From Epithemia pelagica (lineage: Eukaryota > Protista > Bacillariophyta), in contig OX337241.1 of the NCBI GenBank assembly GCA_946965045.2, forward strand, positions 3,122,671 to 3,186,670: a DNA stretch of 64,000 bases, written 5' to 3'. The position numbers and the translations under genes are program-made. A model generated the notes under the pieces. That model saw only the letters and a program-made list of their open reading frames with translations, had not been told where the DNA came from and made no database searches. Every line of letters begins with the position of its first letter. Within the stretch, counting starts at the first letter, position 1. Shown here in pieces: positions 11,532-21,220 of this stretch.

Positions 11532-11588
11532 GTAAAGAGTTGTTGTCGCTAGTAGGATATAGATGAGCTGTTCGAAAGTCTTGGTGAA

Positions 11589-11621
11589 CAGCCCGAGGAG
11601 TGACCTCGGGTCTGATTGTCA
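11589..11621 (-). promoter_or_regulatory. Putative stop-codon readthrough signal (UGA CAA UCA plus 3' stem-loop)
   Basis: The gag TGA (11619-11621) is followed by CAATCA (fits CARYYA) and the hairpin CAG-a-CCCGAGG/TCACT/CCTCGGG-CTG. Twenty-nine sense codons then lead in frame into pol. Confidence 0.75.
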
Positions 11622-12878
11622 TTCTTCATCCGAGGACTCTTCTTGGGCAGGGAGATCAGCCAAGGCATTTGCCAAACGGAGTGCCGGGGTGGTTCCTTCT
11701 TTTCCCGTATCCGGGTGCGCTGCGTCATACGCTTTCTTCTTGTCTCCAGTCAAACCGCGTCCGTTGCAAGTGGCTGAGGTATGGTTCTTGTTGAGAGACC
11801 ATTTCTCATGCCACTTGCACCAATAGTAGGTCTTGCCGTTCACTTCTTTCACTTCTGGACCTCCCTCAGGCGGACCAGTGGTCTGCCAAGCTTCTTTGAG
11901 TCCCTCTTTGTCCTTAGTCTGTTTAGCCTTGCCGGTCTTGTTGTTGCTACCAGTGCTACCTTCATTGCTTTGTGCAGAACGTCCCTTCGCCATGCGTTTC
12001 ACCTGGGCCTCAAGGGCAATAATCTTCTGGTCGCGCTCCGATAGGGACTGCCATTTCTTGGCTTCCACTAGTGCCTGGTACTTAAGCCGTGCCCAATCCA
12101 TGAGTTGCGTGGGAGTTAGGTTCGGCGAATCTCCTTCTTCGTATGCGTTCTTGCGACGCCTGATCATTTCCAGAAAGTTCTCGTCGTTCACCGTTTCATA
12201 TGCCTTGAATAGGTTCGGGAGGAGGTCGAGGGTCCGTTCCCCACGTGCACTTAGGCCCTGCAATGTTTCTTTCACGTACGAGTTGAACTTGATAATGTCT
12301 CCGTTGAAGTCTGCGATGTGGATGTGAAGGTCCGACAGACGCTGGCGTAGCACCATTACGGTCGCTTCGGTATCCACATAAGCCAAGGAAATGATGACCT
12401 TGAGGAGCAACGGCCCGACACCCTTGTTATCCACTATGAATTCGTCGCGTCGGAGATTGACTTGTGCCCTCGCTTCTTCGTTTAACGATGCCATGAGACA
12501 CATGTAGGACATGTAGGAGTTCTGCGTGATGCGATTCTGTCCGAGGAAGCTGTCCACGTAGTCGCGCACTTGTCGAAGCGAAACTCGTCCGTAGGCTTGA
12601 GTAAGGAGATGAGTAGGAGCAGCTGGAGGAGCTGGTCCTGCTGCAGGAGGGACCACGATATGTTCCGGAATGGAGAATGTGCTAGTCCAAGATTGCTCGA
12701 CGATGCGATCTTGAAACGAATCGAGGAAAAGCTTGAGTCCCTCCGCATGGAGATCGTAGAGATCTCCGCCCTCAAAAAGTCCTGTCGTCGCTTGCTTGTA
12801 TAACTTCGAGCCTGCCGCGGTCGTAAAGTTGATTACGTTGTTCGCGTTGGCGTTGGCGGGAGAGATTGCAAAAGCCAT
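11619..12878 (-). CDS. gag: Copia-1 Gag (419 aa)
   Basis: ATG just after the PBS; capsid-like helical region; C-x2-H-x8-H-x4-C knuckle (CKWHEKWSLNKNHTSATC); acidic C-terminus. Confidence 0.9.
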   Translation of the reverse strand: MAFAISPANANANNVINFTTAAGSKLYKQATTGLFEGGDLYDLHAEGLKLFLDSFQDRIVEQSWTSTFSIPEHIVVPPAAGPAPPAAPTHLLTQAYGRVSLRQVRDYVDSFLGQNRITQNSYMSYMCLMASLNEEARAQVNLRRDEFIVDNKGVGPLLLKVIISLAYVDTEATVMVLRQRLSDLHIHIADFNGDIIKFNSYVKETLQGLSARGERTLDLLPNLFKAYETVNDENFLEMIRRRKNAYEEGDSPNLTPTQLMDWARLKYQALVEAKKWQSLSERDQKIIALEAQVKRMAKGRSAQSNEGSTGSNNKTGKAKQTKDKEGLKEAWQTTGPPEGGPEVKEVNGKTYYWCKWHEKWSLNKNHTSATCNGRGLTGDKKKAYDAAHPDTGKEGTTPALRLANALADLPAQEESSDEE

Positions 12879-12886
12879 GGTCGACG

Positions 12887-12921
12887 ATCAGAGATGCTGT
12901 TTACAGCGCAGAGGAAGCGTG
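12887..12921 (-). promoter_or_regulatory. Non-canonical PBS of Copia-1, complementary to the 5' part (D-arm) of initiator tRNA-Met
   Basis: Plus strand GCGCAGAGGAAGCG(TG) at 12906-12921 abuts the LTR and matches the conserved tRNAiMet GCGCAG-N-GGAAGCG-Y-G. ATCAGAG at 12887-12893 matches the plant-type tRNAiMet 5' end. There is no TGG-start PBS. Confidence 0.65.
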
Positions 12922-13365
12922 TTGTTTTTCACTACTGTCGAGTAACGAAAAAGAGCTCTTTTGCAAAATTGTGTGTTTCTAGATTATCGTGTGCAAGCTA
13001 TGAATCGCTCCTGCTCATGCGTTGAGCGTTGACTCGTAGATTGGTGCGTTGATCGACCAAATTGGCGGTCCCAATTGTTTATGGACGACCTTGCTGAGAT
13101 TCATGGCTCCCTAAGTGGCGTCCGCTTACTTAGGAGCCAGTACCGTTATTACTCTGGCCATGGGAGTCGTTGTTTAGAGCGGCATGAGTGTTACATAGCC
13201 GTCGTCCAAATCCCATGTTGAGATGCGTCGTTTGTCTTTGTTGATTTGTGATTTGTGCGAGGCGGCGGTTCAATGATGCGTTGGGCGTGTTGTGTCATGG
13301 GAATTCTGTCTCTGTCCCCATTGTCCCCCACGTGTAGTTATGCCCTTGCGTACAGTATTTGAACA
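12920..13365 (-). repeat. 5' LTR of Copia-1
   Basis: 446 bp, same sequence as 7099-7544. Confidence 0.96.
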
Positions 13366-13441
13366 GGTACTTGTTTGTTGTCAAAGGCTGGAAGGAACGA
13401 TCCGACTTGTGTAATGACGCGACAAGAATCTGGTGCTTTGA

Positions 13442-13873
13442 TGGGATGAATGACAAACATGAGTATAACACTTTGGTCCTCCACTGTTGCACGTCTAGTG
13501 GAGGAGGACAATCTTTGTTACAAAAAGCACAATAGTGGCCGTATGGTGCTGATTGCTGATTTTGTCGTTTCAATGGATCTTAAAGCGATCCAAAGAAGAC
13601 GAATGCAGGCGTCTGCTGTGAGCTAATGTAACACGGGAAGCGAGTCAGAATGGGATGAATGACATACATGAGTATAACACTTTGGTCCTCCACTGTTGCA
13701 CGTCTAGTGGAGGAGGACAATCTTTGTTACAAAAAGCACAATAGTGGCCGTATGGTGCTGATTGCTGATTTTGTCGTTTCAATGGATCTCAAAGCGATCC
13801 AAAGAAGACGAATGCAGGCGTCTGCTGTGAGCTAATGCAACACGGGAAGCGAGTCAGAATGGGATGAATGACA
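13442..13873. repeat. 209-bp tandem duplication
   Basis: TGGGATGAATGACA recurs at 13442, 13651 and 13860. The two units differ at about 3 positions. Confidence 0.9.
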
Positions 13874-13914
13874 TGTTCCTTCTGGTCCATCATGTCGTCA
13901 GATTCTTGTGTTTG

Positions 13915-13950
13915 GTACTTGTACTTGTACTTGTACTTGTACTTGTACTT
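13915..13950. repeat. (GTACTT)6 microsatellite
   Basis: Six perfect units; paralogous spacers near 5365 and 44375 carry one degenerate unit. Confidence 0.9.
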
Positions 13951-14421
13951 GTGGCCTTGCTTCCTTCACTATATACCTGATGAGTGATGCCCACTCACAT
14001 CATTGGATCAAGAGAGGACCACTGTCTCACTCTGTTTTGTTGTTATTGATGTGAACAGTCCGTAGGCCCAAGGCAAGAATGGTGTTCCATAAATGGTGTT
14101 GGTCGAGATGACTCAGAAACTAGGGATATCTACCCAGTGGATGTTGGATTGTCGATCTGTGGACCTCTTCGTCATAGGAGGACCTCTTCATCACAGATTG
14201 GGATGTCGATCTCTCTCCCTCTCGTCTCGTCCTATCTTAGAGCAAAAGATACTTTTCTTGGGGTCATGAAATCTATGTGCGATTGATTGCCCTTCATCAT
14301 CGTACGCAGGACAGGCACAACTTTCCTGTCTCCACACATCACTCTCTCTCCTCTCCTCGCTGCGAAAGCTCAATTGCAAAGCTGTCATTTCTCGTCGACG
14401 TTGTTGTAAAGCGCCGTGACC

Positions 14422-15612
14422 ATGACAACGACACTGAAAGAACAAGCATGGCAGTCGGGCCTAGTCCTTTTGAACGAGACACCTGAATGGAATATCGAGG
14501 ACTGGCCTTCTCTTGAGGGTGAATGGCGCTGGCATCATGCTACGGTCATAATTGATCATCCCGATAACAACAAGGAACAAACGGTCGTCGTGTTGGGAGG
14601 TTACAGACAAGCCCCAGGTGCCACGGATTCCGTTTCTGTATTGAATCTATCGGACCCAGACAGGCAGTGGCGAGAAGGGCCACCCATGAACAAGAAACGT
14701 GGTGGACATGCCGCTGCTTTGTGCAATGGCGGCGTTTACGTAATGGGCGGATTCAATCGAGTAACTTTGGATTGTATTGAACGAATCGATGCCAATGATT
14801 TGCTACAATCATCCTTAACAACAACCACCACGCATGAGAGTCATTGGACGACATTGACATGTCGATTATCGACGAGAAGAAATGGATGTTGTGCTGTTGC
14901 GGTGCATGATCGATACATTGTTGTAATGGGTGGCTGTTACAACCATCGCTGTTTTTCGTCGGTGGATATTATTGATACCAGCAATCACATTGTCACTGCT
15001 GGACCATCCATGACTGTTCCACGAGCATCCTGTGCCAGTGCGGTCATTGGCCACCGCATCTTTGTCGTTGGAGGCGAAAACGATCTTAACTCGGTGGAGT
15101 ATTTGGAATTTTCAAAGCCTGGTGACAATGAAGAGACAAAGAAGCAGCCTGGCTTGACATTGAGTTCTTTCTTTTCCACCTGGATCACTCATTCTGATTT
15201 AGTGCTTTCCAATGCACGAAGTTGTTATGCAATGGTTGCCGTGGGATCTTGTCTAGTGGTGACTGGAGGATACGAATCATCCGTGGAGGTCTTGGATACG
15301 AACCGCAACTGCGTGTGGAATCTTCCACCATTCGCATATCACCGCGATGGCTGCAGTATGGTGACTGTTGCCAATCAAGTTGCCGTGATTGGTGGTTTGT
15401 ACCAAACTACCTGTGCGACATTACCACTAATGGATAGGAATTCTTGGTGTTTTCGTCGACTTTGTGAACAGCAATCGAACGGATGGTATCATTCTCTTGA
15501 AGGTATGGGTATCCGAGATGCTGATATCTCACCCTTTTTCACCTCGGCATCAGCTCGTAAACGAGCAAGGCAGAATACGCGCCAAAATAAGAAAGGGTCT
15601 GATGAAACATAG
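14422..15612 (+). CDS. Kelch-repeat protein K3
   Basis: ATG 14422 (MTTTLKEQAWQS; the ORF-track start is GTG). Six kelch motifs and an SARKRAR tail. Confidence 0.92.
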   Translation: MTTTLKEQAWQSGLVLLNETPEWNIEDWPSLEGEWRWHHATVIIDHPDNNKEQTVVVLGGYRQAPGATDSVSVLNLSDPDRQWREGPPMNKKRGGHAAALCNGGVYVMGGFNRVTLDCIERIDANDLLQSSLTTTTTHESHWTTLTCRLSTRRNGCCAVAVHDRYIVVMGGCYNHRCFSSVDIIDTSNHIVTAGPSMTVPRASCASAVIGHRIFVVGGENDLNSVEYLEFSKPGDNEETKKQPGLTLSSFFSTWITHSDLVLSNARSCYAMVAVGSCLVVTGGYESSVEVLDTNRNCVWNLPPFAYHRDGCSMVTVANQVAVIGGLYQTTCATLPLMDRNSWCFRRLCEQQSNGWYHSLEGMGIRDADISPFFTSASARKRARQNTRQNKKGSDET

Positions 15613-15868
15613 CGGATTTTGTTCTCAAGTGGTTGACTCGTTTTCTACATTCAATTGTAATCCTAGGACCTAGTAAGTGTTTACTCAAAAGTAGAAAGAA
15701 CACGTTGCAAGATAGGAGGTACTTCCTTGTTGTCAAAGGCTGGAAGGAACGATCCGGCTTGTGTAAGGACGCGACAAGAATCTGGTGCTTTGTCGTGGCA
15801 TCGTGGCACTTTACACGACACAAAGTCGTCGTTCATGGATTCATCTCGATTCGGACAAAGATACCGTA

Positions 15869-16678
15869 ATGGGAGGATACAACGATGAAATAATTGTGAT
15901 GGGAGGATTCAATCAAGGTCCATTGGATTCTATCGAAAGAATTGATTCCAATGATTTGCTGCAATCATCTTTGACAACCAGCACCACACATGAACGTCAT
16001 TGGACGACATTGACATGTCGATTATCAACGGGCCGAGATGGATGTTGTGCTGTTGCGGTGCATGATCGATACATTGTTGTAATGGGTGGCTACAGCGATC
16101 ATGATTTGTCGTCAGTGGATATTATAGATACAAACAACCACACTGTCACTGCGGGACCAAGCATGACTGTTCCACGAAAATGGTGTGCCAGTGCGGTTAT
16201 TGGTCACCGCATCTTTGTCGTTGGAGGCCAAAACGGGTACGGCAATCTTGACTCGGTGGAGTATTTGGACGACACAACACCCTGTGACAGTGATGAGACA
16301 GAAAAGGAAACTGACTCGACGTTGATTTCTTTCTCACCCACCTGGACCACTCATTCTGATCTGGTCCTTTCCAATGCACGAACTTCTTGTGCAATGGTTG
16401 CCGTGGGATCTTGTCTGGTTGTTGCAGGAGGATGGGGCAATTCAACCGTGGAAGTCTTGGATACGCACTTCAACCGCGTGTGGAATCTTCCACCATTCGG
16501 AAATCACCGTGATGGCTGCAATATGGTGACTGCCAATCAAGTTGCCGTGATTGGTGGTGTGTACAATTTTACCTGTGCGACATTACCACTAATGGATAGG
16601 AATTCGTGGTGCTTTCGTCGACTCTGTGACCAGCATCCAAACGGATGGTATCAGTCTCTGGATGGACTGAGCATCTAA
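15869..16678 (+). pseudogene. 5'-truncated kelch paralog K4 (lacks blade 1 and part of blade 2)
   Basis: Begins at VMGGYN fused to the 3' flank of K3 and lacks the LKEQAWQS N-terminus. A premature TAA (16676-16678) sits where K10 has CAA (IQHAD). Confidence 0.8.
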
Positions 16679-19600
16679 CATGCTGATTTTTCTCCCTTTC
16701 CTACATCGACATCAGCTCGTAAACGCGCAAGGTCCAATGGAGTTTATTTCTCTAGTGGTTGACTTGTTTTCAACGTTCGATTGCAATCCTAGGACCTAGT
16801 ATTATAAGTGTTTACTCAAGAGTAGAAACAAAATGTTGCAAGATAGAACATGCTTGTATTTTGTGAAAGGCGGGGAAAGAACGACCCGATTTGTGTACCT
16901 CTACAAGTGGTACTACGCTTCGGCCATTACCCATTTATATCTGTCAGTTGTGGGACAGTGCCACAACCGTGACTGTGCAGTCGTGAGACCACACTCTAAA
17001 TAACACAGAATGGATTGCTAGCTGTGGCACGGAGGCCACCAACCAATGAGAGAGCAGGAACAAAAGCACGCCAAGGCAAAACCTTGTTGGACCTGACGTT
17101 GTCGAGTTTGTATGGAAGTAAGGAGGGAGGACCATGTCATATCCAATTCCGACATGATGGCCAAGAACAGGTTGTCCCTTTCGGAGGAGTCTCCGCGCTC
17201 CAATCACAATGCCTTCTTCTACCTGATGTTGCATGTGAATCACAATACGTTGCTGCACTTGACATGTACCATAGTAATGTGTCATTTGCCCGATATGAAA
17301 GGTCGCCACACTTGGATCATCCGCAAACGTTCTACGGGTTCTTCTCGTCGCCTGACTCGCCACGCTTCGAGAATCCTAGTACCGAGATGCCTGGCTTGCA
17401 TCACTTTTTTGCGGGTCATTGGTACTTCCCGTACGGTCGTGTATCCAGAACGTGTCGGTCAATATCCATGGCTTGCCAGGGTTCCATCAAATCTTCCATC
17501 GCATAGACCCAATCCATTGCATTGACCAATGCCATGGTGGTAGATCCCACACCACCAGGCGCTTGATGAGCCAATTCACAAGCAATGGACCGCAAGGTTT
17601 CACCGGGTAGGGTACTGGTTCAAATCAAGGCGACTAACAAACAATACTGCATTGCGGCGAATTGCGGCGAGGGGAGACGAACCGGGGATGCATCGTGTCG
17701 GACTTGGAGGGTAAAGGACAATGCCCAGACACTGTTTTCAATTGCCTCTTCGGCCTCGACCCAATCCTTCTGAGACAAGGCTTGACAGCGGCTGACCGAG
17801 GTGTTGTTGCTCCTCCTTTTTTCCTTCTCCTCGTTGCCAGTCTTTTGTGAATGTCCGCATGGGAGATGCCGGATGGAGTGGTACTTTCAATTGCCTCTTC
17901 AGCCTCGACCAAACGTGACAAAGGCCACAAGGAATCAATCGGGTCTTGGACCGGACTACCAAATCCAGCAAATGACTTTGCAGTTGTCGCCCACCACGTT
18001 CCACTTGTTCTTGTCGTGTGAGCTCCAGGTTGGTGGGTGGTGCCAACAGTCTTGTCAGTGGTGATCTCCAAGCACCAGCAGAGGCCGAAGAAGAAGAAGA
18101 AGCATGGGCCCAATCCATGGAACTCGAGGTACAATTGTACCACAAGGGAGAATAAATTGGCATATGATTCGAACAAAGACGGAATGAAGCCGTCATTGAG
18201 AACAGAGGAAAAGGAAGTATTTTCTGGACTGCGGCAACCTACAGCACTTCAATTGAACTTATTGCTGTTGGTGCCCTTGTCGTCTGTTTTTGGTTCTAAA
18301 CTGGATGGCAGTACCTTTTCTTCATCTTGAAAGAGTCTTCCTTGGAGTCTTCCTCCACGGGAGACATGATAGAAAGTAAGAGCAGAAAAGGCTGAGGGTC
18401 AATCTCCGAAACAAAAGACGGTGACGGTGACGGTGGCAGACACATTGTGGATTGTGGGGTGCTGATGGTATCTTTTTGTCGTTTCAATGGATCTTCCCCC
18501 AAACTGTGATGTGGAGTCGTCCCCTCCCCCAAAGTCTGTGGAGTCCCATCCAAATCTTGGTCGCGGAATGAGGACAGGAATCGCAGGCGCGCCGACCGAG
18601 ACGAGCATTGCCACTCTTTCCTATTCGAATAGACACAGGACGATGGATCTCGTCGCCAAAAGACGACCACACCAATAGAATCGAACATACTGCTACACTC
18701 GAAGGGAAACCATGGAATTGTTCGTTACGAGCAACTTTTGAGACTCTGGCAGTGACGAGGCATCTACTTGTCTTCTTCCTTTTCTTGGTGAAAGACTACG
18801 AAAGTATATTCAAGAGCATCAAAGAGATTGTCGCAAGGATTGGCTGGACGGAAAAAACGACCAACGAAAGGAAGCGCTTCGAATGCTGCTGTCACTTACC
18901 AATGATGAGTGTCGCTGCGGCTGCTTGGAGTACAAGAACAACAACAACAACAACGTCCATTCCACAACAGGGGCTCGACGATTCATGAAACAAGACGGTG
19001 GATCCATCACGCGGGTTCCAGGGTCCTACTTGCGACAACAGTGACAGCCACAACAATCACCACATTATTGTTTGTGTTGGTCCAACACCTTCTCGCTCAC
19101 CGTCGTCAATCGACGAATTTTTTGAGGCAAGAAGGAAAAGAAAGAATTTTATGATGCTTCGGCCCTTCGACGAACCGCCGCAGCGCCGGAAACGAAAGAG
19201 TTCTATGCCGGATGGGGTCGATTTGCCGACCGATGGACCTTTTCCGACGACTCGGCGGCCCGTCTGACCGGACAATTGCATCGTCACATCAATCAAGTCT
19301 TGTTTGACGACGACGAATTAGAGATGGAATCTGTGGCGGACAAGGATGGGGTCGAGTTGCAGGAATATGCCATATGCCACCAAGATGGAGCGGAAGACAC
19401 CCTTTGAGACCCTGTACCTTCAATCTAAGAATCCCATGCAACGTCGATGCGGCCCTTACAGCGGGTCGACCACTCCCCCACGACACGAACAATAACAAGA
19501 ATGACAACAACCAACGATGGTTGGTGGACCTGCACTGGGAAGTGTCCTTGGCCTGGTACGAGTTCGCGTGGGAACCTCGGGTCCTCTTGATCGGATCGTC

Positions 19601-21220
19601 CCACTTGCAACTGAAACAAGATATGCAGCCAAAGAATTATCATCTCAAATGGCAGTACGCGCCACCTATGGAGGCTACTTTCCAAACCATGCACGGTCGG
19701 TGAAAAGGGGGAAGGCCTTGTATTTGGTCGTCCAAGATTGTTGTCGAGAAACTCCTCGTCATGAACTGTATCCATTTCAAAAAACACATGGCAGTTATTC
19801 CTTGGGGAACCTCCAACCACACTCCCACTGGCGCAAGAATATTCATGTCCCCATCCATGGCCAGTGCATTGTCGTCATTGTTTGCCACCAACAAGGTGCT
19901 GACACTGTCATCGACGGACCCATAACATGTATTGCCCAACTATACAGCAATTTTGATGCTTGTCCGTCTCAACCTGCTGATGCTTTTCGTACAAAACGCG
20001 TAACAAGGATGCCAAGGTCAGCAGTTTACAAGCACCGTACCAAGCCATGTTAGAGCAAATGACCTTGGTCCTTTGTATTGCTGGGGTTCTTCGCGAGAGG
20101 CACCACAAGACACAGCACTAAGCATGACGAAAATTACAGGGCGAAGAAACTGACCTAACGACAACGACAGGCACCCGTCATGCCTATCGACCAGCAGCAG
20201 CAGAACTAGCAGGATAAACAAGAGAAATGTCAACCACAACAGCTGGGTCGAATCACCATGGCCGACGAACTACGACCGACGTGTAGTACTGTCCAATCAT
20301 TCAAACAAGTTCCTTCCCAGACGACTCGAATCACAACCAATGTCTCCATCCACGGCCTGTACACAGTGTTGTTGCTTCTCTGTCGACTTGGTATTCGTTG
20401 ATGGGAACCAACAACCAGACAGACTGGAGCCTTCATTGCATGGTTGAATATTCCAACAACAACAAAAAACATCACCTTCATCATTGTAACGGGCATTCTC
20501 CGCTTACGCTTCAAGGCCGGCAGCAACTGGATTTTCCTTTTTTTGTCATCTTTCTTCTTGTTCTTGGAAAAGAATACTACACCAAGGACTCTACTTGTCT
20601 CGACCAGAAATGTTCCACTTGGTCCTCAAAGCAACATGGTGGCTACCCCTTCTTGTTGGCACCCACCAACAAATTGTTGTTCTAGAGAGGATTGGAAACA
20701 AACCTTGGTTGCAGGCACTACCCATCCAGCCATTGGTGTTCTGCAAATCGAGAGGATGACGGAGGAGCACGCACATGCCCTATTGTGTGATATGCTAGTT
20801 CCCAAGGGCGTTTGGCAGGGCTGGGACAATGGCGGAAAAGAGAGACGTTTTGCTGGGGCTCTTTGCGAAAGGCACCACGAAACACTGTGTACTACTAGGA
20901 CTACGCATCCCGAAAATTACATGGCGACGAAACTGACCTCACGACGGACAGGTACCCGTGTCATGCTGTGGACTCCGACCATTGACTAGCAGTACTAGCA
21001 GGACGGAACAACAAGAGCACAGTGTCAACAAGAACAGGTCGGTCGAAGCAACTGTCACGATTTGTCTCGAGACAAAATCTCCTACCCCTCTTTGTTTCAT
21101 CCATTTCGTGCCGTCAGTCGTGCTTCCAGTCCGCACCCGTCAGCATCACAACACAGACCAAACCTACGCAAGACAGTGTCTCGATCCCCATAAATTCTGC
21201 AGTCGAAAACGTTTCGAACC

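Larger units (their letters stand above)
7099..13365 (-). mobile_element. Intact Ty1/Copia (CoDi-like) LTR retrotransposon, Copia-1
   Basis: Two 446-bp LTRs (TG...CA) that look identical, a 5-bp TSD GGTAC (7094-7098 and 13366-13370), and gag plus PR-IN-RT-RH order. The empty site matches the uninterrupted paralogous flank near 15707-15760. Confidence 0.97.

Noticed and set aside
7759-12803. Many 60-160-aa antisense or alternative-frame ORFs over the Copia, LINE, kelch and LRR-TIR coding regions
   Set aside because: Shadow ORFs with no motifs, explained by codon bias of the real frames.
13442-13873. CRISPR-like arrays from the short repeats (209, 65, 41 and 24 bp)
   Set aside because: Only two units each, no unique spacers, no cas genes, and a eukaryotic context.
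17855-17905. Actin-like peptide WEMPDGVVLSI
   Set aside because: Too short, flanked by stops, and no other actin motifs nearby.
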